From: a virus
Lineage: Duplodnaviria > Caudoviricetes
IMG/VR virus record: IMGVR_UViG_3300044840_000038
Span: 1 to 39,778 of that record
Length of the DNA: 39,778 bases
Direction: 5' to 3' (one strand)
Part shown: piece by piece, positions 16,957 through 25,675 of the stretch
How positions within the stretch are numbered: the stretch's first letter is position 1
Layout of the letters: every line of letters begins with the position of its first letter
Position numbers and translations under genes: made by a program
The notes under the pieces: generated by a model
What the model saw: only the letters and a program-made list of their open reading frames with translations
What the model was told of the DNA's origin: nothing
The model's database searches: none

Positions 16957-17363
16957 TAATCTTCTTCTTTCTCGGATTTAATGGTGAATGACAGGCTCTC
17001 GGTGGTGGTAGCAGATACTCCTGGGACGGTTACCTGGCGGTCTACCGCCTGGGTCAGAATGTTCTTGAAGGCTACCCGGTCAACACTTAGATAGGTATAG
17101 GGATCGATCAGGTTGAGTTCGATCCACTCAATGGTGTCGAGCTTCTTATTGGGGTCGTATTCGTACTTAGGAACTTCCTTTAAGGACGCTGTGAGGCGTC
17201 CGTCGGTCGATTTAAAGCTCTTTGTGCCCATCTTCGTCATAGCGGCCACAAACTCACTTCGAGCGTCTTGGAGGGCCTTATAGGCGGTCTCAGTGGCCAG
17301 CTTCTGGAACTCATGCTCCTCTTTGGCTTCCTCTACCTGGCGGGCTAGGTCTAGGAGTTTCAT
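16956..17363 (-). CDS. Gp157/Mu Gam-like protein
   Basis: N-terminal coiled coil; M...G.KSFK, VDR...K, VPGV motifs. Confidence 0.55.
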   Translation of the reverse strand: MKLLDLARQVEEAKEEHEFQKLATETAYKALQDARSEFVAAMTKMGTKSFKSTDGRLTASLKEVPKYEYDPNKKLDTIEWIELNLIDPYTYLSVDRVAFKNILTQAVDRQVTVPGVSATTTESLSFTIKSEKEED

Positions 17364-17554
17364 TCTTTGCCTACAGCCTGATCGACCATCATCTCACGCT
17401 GGTACTCATCACCATCAAAGAGGCTGTCATAGGCACCCATAGCGGCTTCCTGCTCATGTAGGGGACAGTACTCCTCTTCGGGGGTAAGCTCACAACCCTC
17501 ATGGGCGCAGGTGACTCCGTTAATGGCGTTGGTTAAAAGATTATGCACGTTCAT
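17360..17554 (-). CDS. Small acidic zinc-finger-like protein
   Basis: C...GC.......YCPLH; AAGGAG RBS. Confidence 0.6.
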   Translation of the reverse strand: MNVHNLLTNAINGVTCAHEGCELTPEEEYCPLHEQEAAMGAYDSLFDGDEYQREMMVDQAVGKE

Positions 17555-17579
17555 TGGTAAGCTCCTTCGTTATGCTTTA

Positions 17580-17608
17580 ACCTTAGCATACCTCTTACTG
17601 TTAGTCAA
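17580..17608 (-). promoter_or_regulatory. Sigma70 promoter of the recombination/SSB operon
   Basis: TTGACT, 17 nt ending TGC, TAAGGT on the - strand. Confidence 0.65.
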
Positions 17609-17624
17609 TAGGTTATAATGATTG

Positions 17625-17995
17625 CATACTCCTGCGCTGCTAACGATTGCTTAAGCTCCTTCTGTTAGCGCGTGGGGGTTTATGTACTTATTTGAACTAC
17701 GGGCATGCAAGGTCTAATACGCGCCCACTTCCTGTTCGGTGCTTTGTAGTGTGTTTAGCCATCACAAATACAGCTGGAGATGTGCAGCCCCCGGCTCCTT
17801 CCCTCTTACCCTCCACCAACCTGGATAGGTTTGTGTAGTCATCACTTTGTGTGTCCCCCGTGCCCTTGTCCCTCCCTGAAAACGTCAGGGTCGTGAGTAA
17901 GAAAATACTTATCCAGTACAGGTGTCAGGTTGTCGGTCGGCGCTGTCCAGGTTTCTTAATGGCGTCCCTTACGCAGCACTACGTATCCCTACCAG
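17625..17995. other. Structured non-coding locus (candidate ncRNA and/or replication origin)
   Basis: No credible ORF; several stems; G4 motif at 17855-17876 on the - strand; flanked by promoter-like boxes. Confidence 0.45.
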
Positions 17996-18024
17996 TTGAC
18001 AATCTCTAAAATAATTGCAAGAAT
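17996..18024 (+). promoter_or_regulatory. Putative rightward promoter, antisense to the early genes
   Basis: TTGACA, 17 nt ending TGC, AAGAAT. Confidence 0.45.
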
Positions 18025-18087
18025 TAGTTTAGGATCAACACCTACAACATTAACTGCTTCTGCCCAACAGCGCAAGCAGTTTTTGTT

Positions 18088-18375
18088 TTATTGATGTTTT
18101 TCTAGATGCTTCTTGATTGTCTTGTGGTGGTGCGTTTGTTGGATTCCGATTAGCGCCCCTAGGTAAATAGCCTCTAACGAGACAATGTTGGTGAGTAGAG
18201 ATACATCCAGTTTCCACACAAACCACACCACAAACCACACCACAAACCAAACTGTATGAGCCACGAGCGACGGCTTGGAGAACACCGTTATCAGGGAGTT
18301 CTCTACTAACCAATCTGGAATTATCTTGTCACAGACTGCGTTAATGGTCGGAATAATGACCTTAAAAGTTTTCAT
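18088..18375 (-). CDS. DUF1003-like 2-TM membrane protein
   Basis: LLTNIVSLEAIYL...I.Q motif; 12-bp tandem repeat in TM1. Confidence 0.55.
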   Translation of the reverse strand: MKTFKVIIPTINAVCDKIIPDWLVENSLITVFSKPSLVAHTVWFVVWFVVWFVWKLDVSLLTNIVSLEAIYLGALIGIQQTHHHKTIKKHLEKHQ

Positions 18376-18420
18376 TAGGATTTCTGGCCAGATAAAGCGG
18401 CTCTAATTTTTGCTCTTGTC

Positions 18421-19271
<851 letters not shown>

Positions 19272-19275
<4 letters not shown>

Positions 19276-19452
19276 TTATTTCCTCCTTTTAGGTTAGATT
19301 CCTTGGTGGATAATTTGTATAGGTTTGCATTAAATATCTGTTCATCCTTAAACCTCACCCCATACTGGTGACTCCCAAAGTAATCATCGAGCCACTCGGC
19401 CTCCTCCCATTGCTTAGTCTGGGGATGTTGGGTTGTTCTGCCATTTACTCAT
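19272..19452 (-). pseudogene. Small gene with an apparent frameshift near codon 5
   Basis: The ATG frame (MSKWQ...) stops at codon 13; the +1 frame reads RTTQHPQTKQWEEAEWLDDYFGSHQYGVRF... to a stop overlapping the next start. Confidence 0.5.
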
Positions 19453-19476
19453 CCTTCTCTCCTATGCTCTTTATGG

Positions 19477-20259
19477 TTACTCACCTGCTTTCTCCAATAA
19501 CTCGATTAGCCTATCTGCCATTTTCTTGTAATGGTCTCGTCCAGCAGCATCAGCATCAGCAGCAGCATCAGAAGCAGCATCAGCAGCAGCATCAGCAGCA
19601 TAAGCAGCAGCATAAGAAGCAGCATCAGCAGCAGCATCATAAGCAGCAGCATCAGCATCATAAGCAGCATCAGAAGCAGCATAAGCAGCATAAGCAGCAG
19701 CATCAGAAGCAGCATCATAAGCAGCATAAGCAGCTCGTCGTGCCAAAGATGCTTCGTCTCTAGCTTCTAGCCACTCCTCGCGAGTTGGTTCACTGCCAGA
19801 TAATTTTCGCTCATATAAAGCTACTACATTATCAATCGCTTTCTTCCCATCCCTATGAGCAAATTTGTATACTCCGAAGTTTTCATCTTTGAGCACTGCC
19901 ACCATAAACTTAGACACGACGAGCGACAGATCTGCGCCTGGTCTAATAGCTTGCGAGAATCGGAGGGGCCACTCTTTTGAAGTTTTGACATCCAAGCCTT
20001 CAAAGATTCTGTCTTCGAGGTACGCGAGCTGGCGAGGAATTCCCAGCTCTGTCTCGTAAACTGAGTGATTGCTAGTTTTATACGTCTTTTTCTTAATCCG
20101 ATTCAACGAATGGATGCTACACCCAACAGCACAACCTTTCCAGTTTTTACCTGATCCTTTGGCGTAAGTCCCCTGGATAATCTGGTCTGCCTCTTGGTGA
20201 CGCTTAATCTCTTTAACGAAGTCTTTCTTTAGCTCCGCGTCATTTAAATATGCCTTCAT
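19477..20259 (-). CDS. Ala-repeat protein, paralogue 2 (AAY/AAD type)
   Basis: Same N-terminal domain as 18421-19275; TAAGGAG RBS. Confidence 0.8.
   Translation of the reverse strand: MKAYLNDAELKKDFVKEIKRHQEADQIIQGTYAKGSGKNWKGCAVGCSIHSLNRIKKKTYKTSNHSVYETELGIPRQLAYLEDRIFEGLDVKTSKEWPLRFSQAIRPGADLSLVVSKFMVAVLKDENFGVYKFAHRDGKKAIDNVVALYERKLSGSEPTREEWLEARDEASLARRAAYAAYDAASDAAAYAAYAASDAAYDADAAAYDAAADAASYAAAYAADAAADAASDAAADADAAGRDHYKKMADRLIELLEKAGE
19543..19734. repeat. Degenerate (GCA)n coding microsatellite
   Basis: Built only from the codons GCT/GAT/TAT/TCT. Confidence 0.9.
20120..20225. repeat. 106-bp perfect direct repeat, copy 2
   Basis: Identical to 19136-19241. Confidence 0.9.
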
Positions 20260-20495
20260 CCTAAATACTCCTTAATTACCTTATCTAACGCCTCATGGGT
20301 TGCGTCTATGGCATCGTTCCAAGGTTGTTCATGCGGGGCTAAGCCATAATCATTTTCAGTATATTTCTCTGGCACCGCTGCTTTCATGGCCTCAGTGAAC
20401 TCGGCTAGGAGAGCTTTTATGTCATCCATCTGCATGTCGGGGTGGCGGAAAGCACTATGCGTTATTTGCTTTATTTGCTCATCAAGCTTACTCAT
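20256..20495 (-). CDS. Hypothetical protein
   Basis: 79 aa; ATGA-coupled; WNDAID motif. Confidence 0.65.
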   Translation of the reverse strand: MSKLDEQIKQITHSAFRHPDMQMDDIKALLAEFTEAMKAAVPEKYTENDYGLAPHEQPWNDAIDATHEALDKVIKEYLG

Positions 20496-20632
20496 CTCTC
20501 ACCCCTTTCTGGGTAAACAGGCTCACCACCATCCTCACTCAGAATTTCCCACATGTAATAATCCTTAGTAACTACATCTCGGCAGTCATAACAACGTTTC
20601 ATATCTTGTTCGGCGGTTGCGTTCTTACTCAT
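20492..20632 (-). CDS. 46-aa hypothetical protein (CxxC)
   Basis: Hand-translated; ATGA overlaps at both ends. Confidence 0.55.
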   Translation of the reverse strand: MSKNATAEQDMKRCYDCRDVVTKDYYMWEILSEDGGEPVYPERGER

Positions 20633-20748
20633 TTGCTTAACACCGTAAATAGGTTAACAACCACCTCAAAGAGGTAAAGCATCGTCCCGATCGCTACAAC
20701 ACCGAGAACGGTCAATAAGCCTAAGGTGAAACTAATTATCTTTAACAT
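20629..20748 (-). CDS. 39-aa hydrophobic peptide
   Basis: Hand-translated MLKIISFTLGLL...; GAGGA RBS. Confidence 0.55.
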   Translation of the reverse strand: MLKIISFTLGLLTVLGVVAIGTMLYLFEVVVNLFTVLSK

Positions 20749-20884
20749 CTCTAGTCCTCTTTTGATGTTCTTCACGAATAATTACCTCAAGCATGTTTGA
20801 TTTACTTCTATGATCATTCTCGGCCATAGTGATCAGTAAATTCAATACCTCTTTTTCTATACTGAAGGTGGCTCGAGTTTTCAT
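20732..20884 (-). CDS. Ribbon-helix-helix (Arc/CopG-like) regulator, 50 aa
   Basis: MKTRATFSIEKEVLNLLITMAENDHRSKSNMLEVIIRE: alternating beta strand, helix, RSKS turn, helix. Confidence 0.7.
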   Translation of the reverse strand: MKTRATFSIEKEVLNLLITMAENDHRSKSNMLEVIIREEHQKRTRDVKDN

Positions 20885-20979
20885 CGCGCCAGCTCAAGAA
20901 GAGCTAGATATTCCTTGAAGGTAATGTACCCCTTAAAGTAATCTCTTTTTAGTGCCCGTACGGCTTGTTGGTATGTCAT
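20881..20979 (-). CDS. 32-aa hypothetical protein (SHOCT-like G.IT..EY)
   Basis: Hand-translated; GGAG RBS; ATGA overlap. Confidence 0.5.
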   Translation of the reverse strand: MTYQQAVRALKRDYFKGYITFKEYLALLELAR

Positions 20980-21063
20980 TTATACTCTCCAGTAAACGTA
21001 TATGGATACTGCTATCGCAATGAGGCAAAAAACTAAAACTATGGTTTGCTGTAGATCTGGCAT
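20980..21063 (-). CDS. 27-aa single-TM peptide
   Basis: MPDLQQTIVLVFCLIAIAVSIYVYWRV; TAAGGAG RBS. Confidence 0.55.
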   Translation of the reverse strand: MPDLQQTIVLVFCLIAIAVSIYVYWRV

Positions 21064-21072
21064 GCGTTCTCC

Positions 21073-21357
21073 TTACCACCATTTATGATTTACCCAAAAC
21101 TGTTTAGCGTTGTCCCATGATCCGTACCGCGTCAAAGCGTAACGAGTGAACCAGGCATCTTGACAACTGTAATCAGATAGGGAACAGGGCAACTTGCTGC
21201 AGGGAAGAGCTTGGCCAATTCCGCAGGCCCCAGACTTGTTGTTAATAGCTCCCGGTCGATTGCCTGACTCATGGTAGTAGACAAACATCTTTGATTCATA
21301 GGACGTGTCTACTTTAACAGGTGCTGGGGTTGGTGGAGCTTGCACCACGGCTGCCAC
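21073..21357 (-). CDS. Lysozyme-like / lytic transglycosylase domain (SLT/Apf-C type)
   Basis: HESG....A.N..SGA.G.GQALP...Y...RYGSW..A..FW....WW. Confidence 0.75.
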   Translation of the reverse strand: MAAVVQAPPTPAPVKVDTSYESKMFVYYHESGNRPGAINNKSGACGIGQALPCSKLPCSLSDYSCQDAWFTRYALTRYGSWDNAKQFWVNHKWW

Positions 21358-21359
21358 AC

Positions 21360-21503
21360 TTATTTTGACGCTGTAGGAACAGTCTTTACGGGCTGATGAG
21401 TAGTTCCATAGCTATTGCCTAGGTAAAAGCCCACAGCGCCACTTAGAATCGCTATTAGCACTACATGCTCAATAACGGTTAGGATTGGTTTAATCTTCTT
21501 CAT
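21360..21503 (-). CDS. 47-aa TM peptide, possibly the frameshift-linked anchor of the transglycosylase
   Basis: MKKIKP plus TM; ends TCA AAA TAA two nt before the next ORF. Confidence 0.55.
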   Translation of the reverse strand: MKKIKPILTVIEHVVLIAILSGAVGFYLGNSYGTTHQPVKTVPTASK

Positions 21504-21828
21504 TGGATCGCCCTCGATTATTAATACTATCGCCCAGTTTAGACCATCTTCCACGCAAACCCAGTCTTGATTTTGCCTATGGCATTTACAGAAACACTAT
21601 GTAGCGGTTTGTTAATATTGAGGTTTCGCTTTAACCCCACAGCTCGGGTCAGTTTTGCATCATGACCCAGGATGATCGCCGCCAAATGATTTATCACCGG
21701 TTGGGAGTAGCGTCCGTAGTTGCCCTGCCGTTTGGTGTTCTTTAGCTTGGCTTAATAGTAGCACAGTTGTATGTAGTTGTAAATACTTATGCGTACAACG
21801 TATGTAGTAGATCAGGGATAGGCCGAGG

Positions 21829-21843
21829 TGGTATAATATAGTT
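21829..21843 (+). promoter_or_regulatory. Extended -10 leaderless promoter for terS
   Basis: TGG-TATAAT, 6 nt, ATG. Confidence 0.6.
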
Positions 21844-22248
21844 ATGGCACACCCAGGCGGTAGACCGCTCTTGTTCAAATCTCGCGAGGAGCTTCAAGGT
21901 AAGATTGAGGAGTATTTTACTTGGTGTGATGAGCATAATAAGCCATACCTAATCACAGGGTTAGCTTTGGCACTTAGAACATCTCGAGAGACATTAATCA
22001 ACTATGAATCCAGGGAAGAGTTTTTTGACACCATAAAAGATGCAAAACTCAAGTGTGAGGGGTATGCAGAAGACTATCTTTATACTGGGAAGAACGTAGG
22101 CGGGGCTATATTCAATTTGAAGAACAACTATGGCTGGCGGGATAAGACTGAAGTCGATCAGAAGGGTGAGATTACACATAAGTATGAGGACATGACCGAT
22201 GACCAGCTTGAGCAAGCTATCAAGGCCCGAAAAGATTTCTTATCTTGA
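21844..22248 (+). CDS. terS: Terminase small subunit (P22 gp3-like)
   Basis: GRP..F.S.EEL...I.EYF, ITGLALAL, GAIFNLKNNYGW.DK. Confidence 0.85.
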   Translation: MAHPGGRPLLFKSREELQGKIEEYFTWCDEHNKPYLITGLALALRTSRETLINYESREEFFDTIKDAKLKCEGYAEDYLYTGKNVGGAIFNLKNNYGWRDKTEVDQKGEITHKYEDMTDDQLEQAIKARKDFLS

Positions 22249-23638
22249 AATGCTCTCAGAGCTAGAACGTAGAAGAATAGAGAACCCGCTTAAATATATT
22301 AAACAACATAATAAGCAGAAAGAAGCTTCTGAATCATCTGCTGCTATTAAAACCTTGTTCTGGGGTAACCGTGTAGGTAAGACCGAATGGGGGGCACAGG
22401 AAGTAGCTCAGTACGCGGTAGCCGACCATCCCTACAAAGCTTTAAGGCCTCCTTATGAGATATGGTGTTGTTGTCCGTCATTCGATGCTCAAGAAGAAAC
22501 CACCCAAAAGAAGTTACTAACCTACATTCCTCCTAAAGAGATTGAGCATATTGATTATCTCCGTGGGCGTATCATTAAGAAGATGCACTTGAAGAATGGC
22601 AACATCTTGTCATTCAAGTCCTATGAGCAAGGTCGTGAGAAGTTCCAGGGCACCGGTAAGCGTTTGATTTGGTTTGATGAAGAACCCCCTCGAGATATTT
22701 GGGAAGAGTGCTTTGTGCGCGTAGAGGCCGGCCAAGACTTAGACGTGTTACTCACTATGACTCCAATTAAAGGTATGACTTGGGTCTATGACGACATTTA
22801 CCTCAATACTGGGAACCCTGATTTGTTTGTGTCAGAAGCTGGCTGGGATGACAACCCCTGGCTTACAGAATCTCAGAAGCAGCAAATGTCTCGAGGGCTC
22901 TCAGCTAATGCTATTAAGGTTCGACGCGAAGGGAAGTTTGTGAAACGGGTTGGGTTGGTCTGTGCCTGGTGGGATCGATCAGCTCATCTTAAAGACTATG
23001 AGTCATTGGATAGAGGATGGACATGGTATGAAATTCTCGATGGTGGATTCTCAGACCCATCAGCGTGGTTACTCTGTGGTGTGGATAATGACAACAACGT
23101 CCATGTAGTATCAGGCTTTCGTAAGAAACGGCTGCAAGCTCCTCAGATCAAGCAACTGCGAGACATCAAAGCATCAGGGCTTACTCTTACTAGAGGATGG
23201 ATAGACAACGATGATCCTAGATTGGCTAAAGATCTTCAAGACATTGGCATGAGATTAGACCCCGTAGTAAAGCAACCTAATGACTCTAAGAGCTGGGATG
23301 AGACCTTAGCTACAAAGATGGAGGAATATGGTCAGATCCAGCCGGGCACCGGTAGGCCCCGCCTCTTTATCTCTAGTTCCTTAGTGGAAATAGATGAACG
23401 CACCGGTCAAGAGCACAACTGGTTAGTCCAAGAGATTGAGAACCTGGTGTGGCTGGAGAAAGTCTCCAAGCAAGGGGAAGAGGTTCAGCCTAAATGGGAT
23501 GATCATCGTAGGTTTGGCCACCACTTTGATGGTGTAAGAGCCTTAGCTTACTTCATGGTTAGTTATGCCGATGCGCCAAAGAGTACACTTAAAGTCTACA
23601 AACCCCAGGCTATGCTTAACCGCAAATATAGTAGATAA
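22199..23638 (+). CDS. terL: Terminase large subunit
   Basis: Walker A GNRVGKT, Walker B IWFDEE, TMTP, nuclease LDGG...DP and H.FD. Confidence 0.92.
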   Translation: MTSLSKLSRPEKISYLEMLSELERRRIENPLKYIKQHNKQKEASESSAAIKTLFWGNRVGKTEWGAQEVAQYAVADHPYKALRPPYEIWCCCPSFDAQEETTQKKLLTYIPPKEIEHIDYLRGRIIKKMHLKNGNILSFKSYEQGREKFQGTGKRLIWFDEEPPRDIWEECFVRVEAGQDLDVLLTMTPIKGMTWVYDDIYLNTGNPDLFVSEAGWDDNPWLTESQKQQMSRGLSANAIKVRREGKFVKRVGLVCAWWDRSAHLKDYESLDRGWTWYEILDGGFSDPSAWLLCGVDNDNNVHVVSGFRKKRLQAPQIKQLRDIKASGLTLTRGWIDNDDPRLAKDLQDIGMRLDPVVKQPNDSKSWDETLATKMEEYGQIQPGTGRPRLFISSSLVEIDERTGQEHNWLVQEIENLVWLEKVSKQGEEVQPKWDDHRRFGHHFDGVRALAYFMVSYADAPKSTLKVYKPQAMLNRKYSR

Positions 23639-23652
23639 TACACCAAAGGGCG
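23631..23652 (+). promoter_or_regulatory. -10-like box plus GGGCG element (copy 4)
   Basis: GATAAT(23634-39), 8 nt, GGGCG(23648-52), 14 nt, ATG. Confidence 0.55.
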
Positions 23653-23666
23653 TAGAGATAACATGA

Positions 23667-25388
23667 ATGGCCGACGTTACTACCACTGAGACTACCGATG
23701 ATGCAACCGCTGCTTCAGTCGTAGCTGACTTCAAATCATGTTGGGACTACACCGCTGGCTCTTACCATGAGGTATGGGACAGCTGCTTCAAGCTTTATAA
23801 CAATGAACGCGTTGATATAGCTTACCAAGGGATTACCGACTCATTTGTACCAATCACCTTTACCACGATTGAAGTGATGGTAGCTGCAATCGCTGGGGGT
23901 AAGCCAAAGTTTACCTTCGTTCCCCAAGAGATTAGCCAAAACCAAGACACCACCGGCCTCAATGGGCTATTAGATTACTACTGGGACTGTGACAAGTGGG
24001 GCGCCAAAGTCCACCAGTGGATACGTTCGATGCTGATGTATGGTACGGGAGTTATGTACTGTTACTGGGATATTGATAAGCCCCGCCTCTTAAACATCCC
24101 CGTGCGAGACTTCTTCTTTGATCCTACCGCTACCAGTCCAGAGACCGCAGCGTATCAAGGTAGACGTTATCTTACAACCATCGATGAGCTTAAAAGCTTC
24201 CAGATCGTCAACCCTGAGACTGGCGCGATGGAGCAAAAATACAAGAATCTCGACCAGTTAAGTCAGCCCGGAGACAAGCCTAGTGACGCGCTTGATAAAG
24301 AGAACAAGGACATGTTCATCGGGTCAACTCTTGGCCCGAAAGCAGCTCTATCGCAAGTTGAGGTGATTGAGTGGTGGAGCAAAGATAGGGTGCGCTCGGT
24401 GGTTAATCGTAAGATCTTGATCCAAGACGACGACAACCCCTACTTAGTGCAGGCTAAAGCCAACGAGGATAAGAATCCGCAGTCATTGAACCCCTTTATT
24501 GTCCAGCGTGACTACATCGATGAGTCGTTATTCCTCGGTAAGGGCGAGATTGAGCCGATCATGGGTCAGCAGGAACTCTTGAACGATCTAACTAACCAGA
24601 ATATCGATTCGGTTACCTACACTTTAAACCAGATGTACACCCTAGATCCGGCCTATTCTGACTGGATCGAGAAGGTTGAGAATCTACCGGGTGCAGTTTA
24701 TCCCTTCCCGGCTGGTGCCTTGAACCCAGTAGTCCACGGTCAGGTTCCGCCGCAGGCTTTTGAGGAGCGCGGCAACTTAAAGAACGAGATTCGTGAAACC
24801 ACCGCCGCTAATGAAATCTTTGGGCTTAACCTTAGTGGTGGACGTTCGACCGCAACGCAGTTAAATGCCATCATCGCACAAGTTGGCCAACGTTTCGATG
24901 CCAAGACCAGCATGCTAGAGCAAGACGGCTTCCACCAACTCGGCAAGCTAGTCTTCCAAATGATAAAACTCTACATCAAACAGCCTAAAAGCATCCGCAC
25001 CACCGGCACGCAGGGAACTTCTTGGACGGTCTATGATCAAGAACAATACCCTGGTGAGTATGACCCAATGGTGCAACTACAATCTACTCTCCAAAAGCAA
25101 GAGACGGCCGACTCCCAGAAATATCAGGTACTTTACACTACTATGCTCAACAATCCATATGTTAATCAGGAAGAGATGACTAAGTTCATCATGCAGAAAG
25201 AGTTTGATCTTGACCCCGATGAGGTTGATACCTTAATGAAATCTCAGCAACAGATGCAAATGGAACAAGAACAGGCTCAAGAACAGGCAATGCAAGCTCA
25301 AGGTATGCCTCCGGGAGCTGCACCTGGTGGCCAACCCCCGGCACAGGCAGCGCCTTCTGAAGTGCCACATATGGCGTTGCATGGCTAA
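23667..25388 (+). CDS. Portal protein (P22-like)
   Basis: 573 aa after terL; YGTG, FFFDP.A, G.GEIE....QQ...N, TAT motifs; Q-rich tail. Confidence 0.85.
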   Translation: MADVTTTETTDDATAASVVADFKSCWDYTAGSYHEVWDSCFKLYNNERVDIAYQGITDSFVPITFTTIEVMVAAIAGGKPKFTFVPQEISQNQDTTGLNGLLDYYWDCDKWGAKVHQWIRSMLMYGTGVMYCYWDIDKPRLLNIPVRDFFFDPTATSPETAAYQGRRYLTTIDELKSFQIVNPETGAMEQKYKNLDQLSQPGDKPSDALDKENKDMFIGSTLGPKAALSQVEVIEWWSKDRVRSVVNRKILIQDDDNPYLVQAKANEDKNPQSLNPFIVQRDYIDESLFLGKGEIEPIMGQQELLNDLTNQNIDSVTYTLNQMYTLDPAYSDWIEKVENLPGAVYPFPAGALNPVVHGQVPPQAFEERGNLKNEIRETTAANEIFGLNLSGGRSTATQLNAIIAQVGQRFDAKTSMLEQDGFHQLGKLVFQMIKLYIKQPKSIRTTGTQGTSWTVYDQEQYPGEYDPMVQLQSTLQKQETADSQKYQVLYTTMLNNPYVNQEEMTKFIMQKEFDLDPDEVDTLMKSQQQMQMEQEQAQEQAMQAQGMPPGAAPGGQPPAQAAPSEVPHMALHG

Positions 25389-25614
25389 CTTAGACCAACT
25401 AGCTCAAGGCTATGACGCCCTTAATAAATCTGCTATTGGCCAGCATCTACGGGGATGGATTGAGCAGGAACGCAACGCTACGCTTAATCGGGCCGAAAAA
25501 GCTCTTACATTAGAAGAATCCTTTGGCTTGACAAAGACTTCTTACGCTTATACTGTTATATTGAGACACCTCGACAGCATGGCCATGGGGGATAAACTTG
25601 TTAATCGGAAGTAG
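25381..25614 (+). CDS. Small head-region hypothetical protein, 77 aa
   Basis: ATG at 25381 overlapping the portal end; helical. Confidence 0.65.
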   Translation: MANLDQLAQGYDALNKSAIGQHLRGWIEQERNATLNRAEKALTLEESFGLTKTSYAYTVILRHLDSMAMGDKLVNRK

Positions 25615-25655
25615 TGCCGTTGCCTAATCGCCCGGCGCGGCTCTACTTCGGGCGA
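25608..25655 (+). promoter_or_regulatory. Two mutually exclusive hairpins upstream of the scaffold RBS
   Basis: Stem A 25608-24/25634-49; stem B TCGCCCG(25628-34)/CGGGCGA(25649-55). Confidence 0.5.
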
Positions 25656-25675
25656 GTAAGAAAAAGGATAGGTAT

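Noticed and set aside
17647-17838. 63-aa ORF in the non-coding locus
   Set aside because: TTG start without RBS, opposite to its neighbours, and not protein-like.
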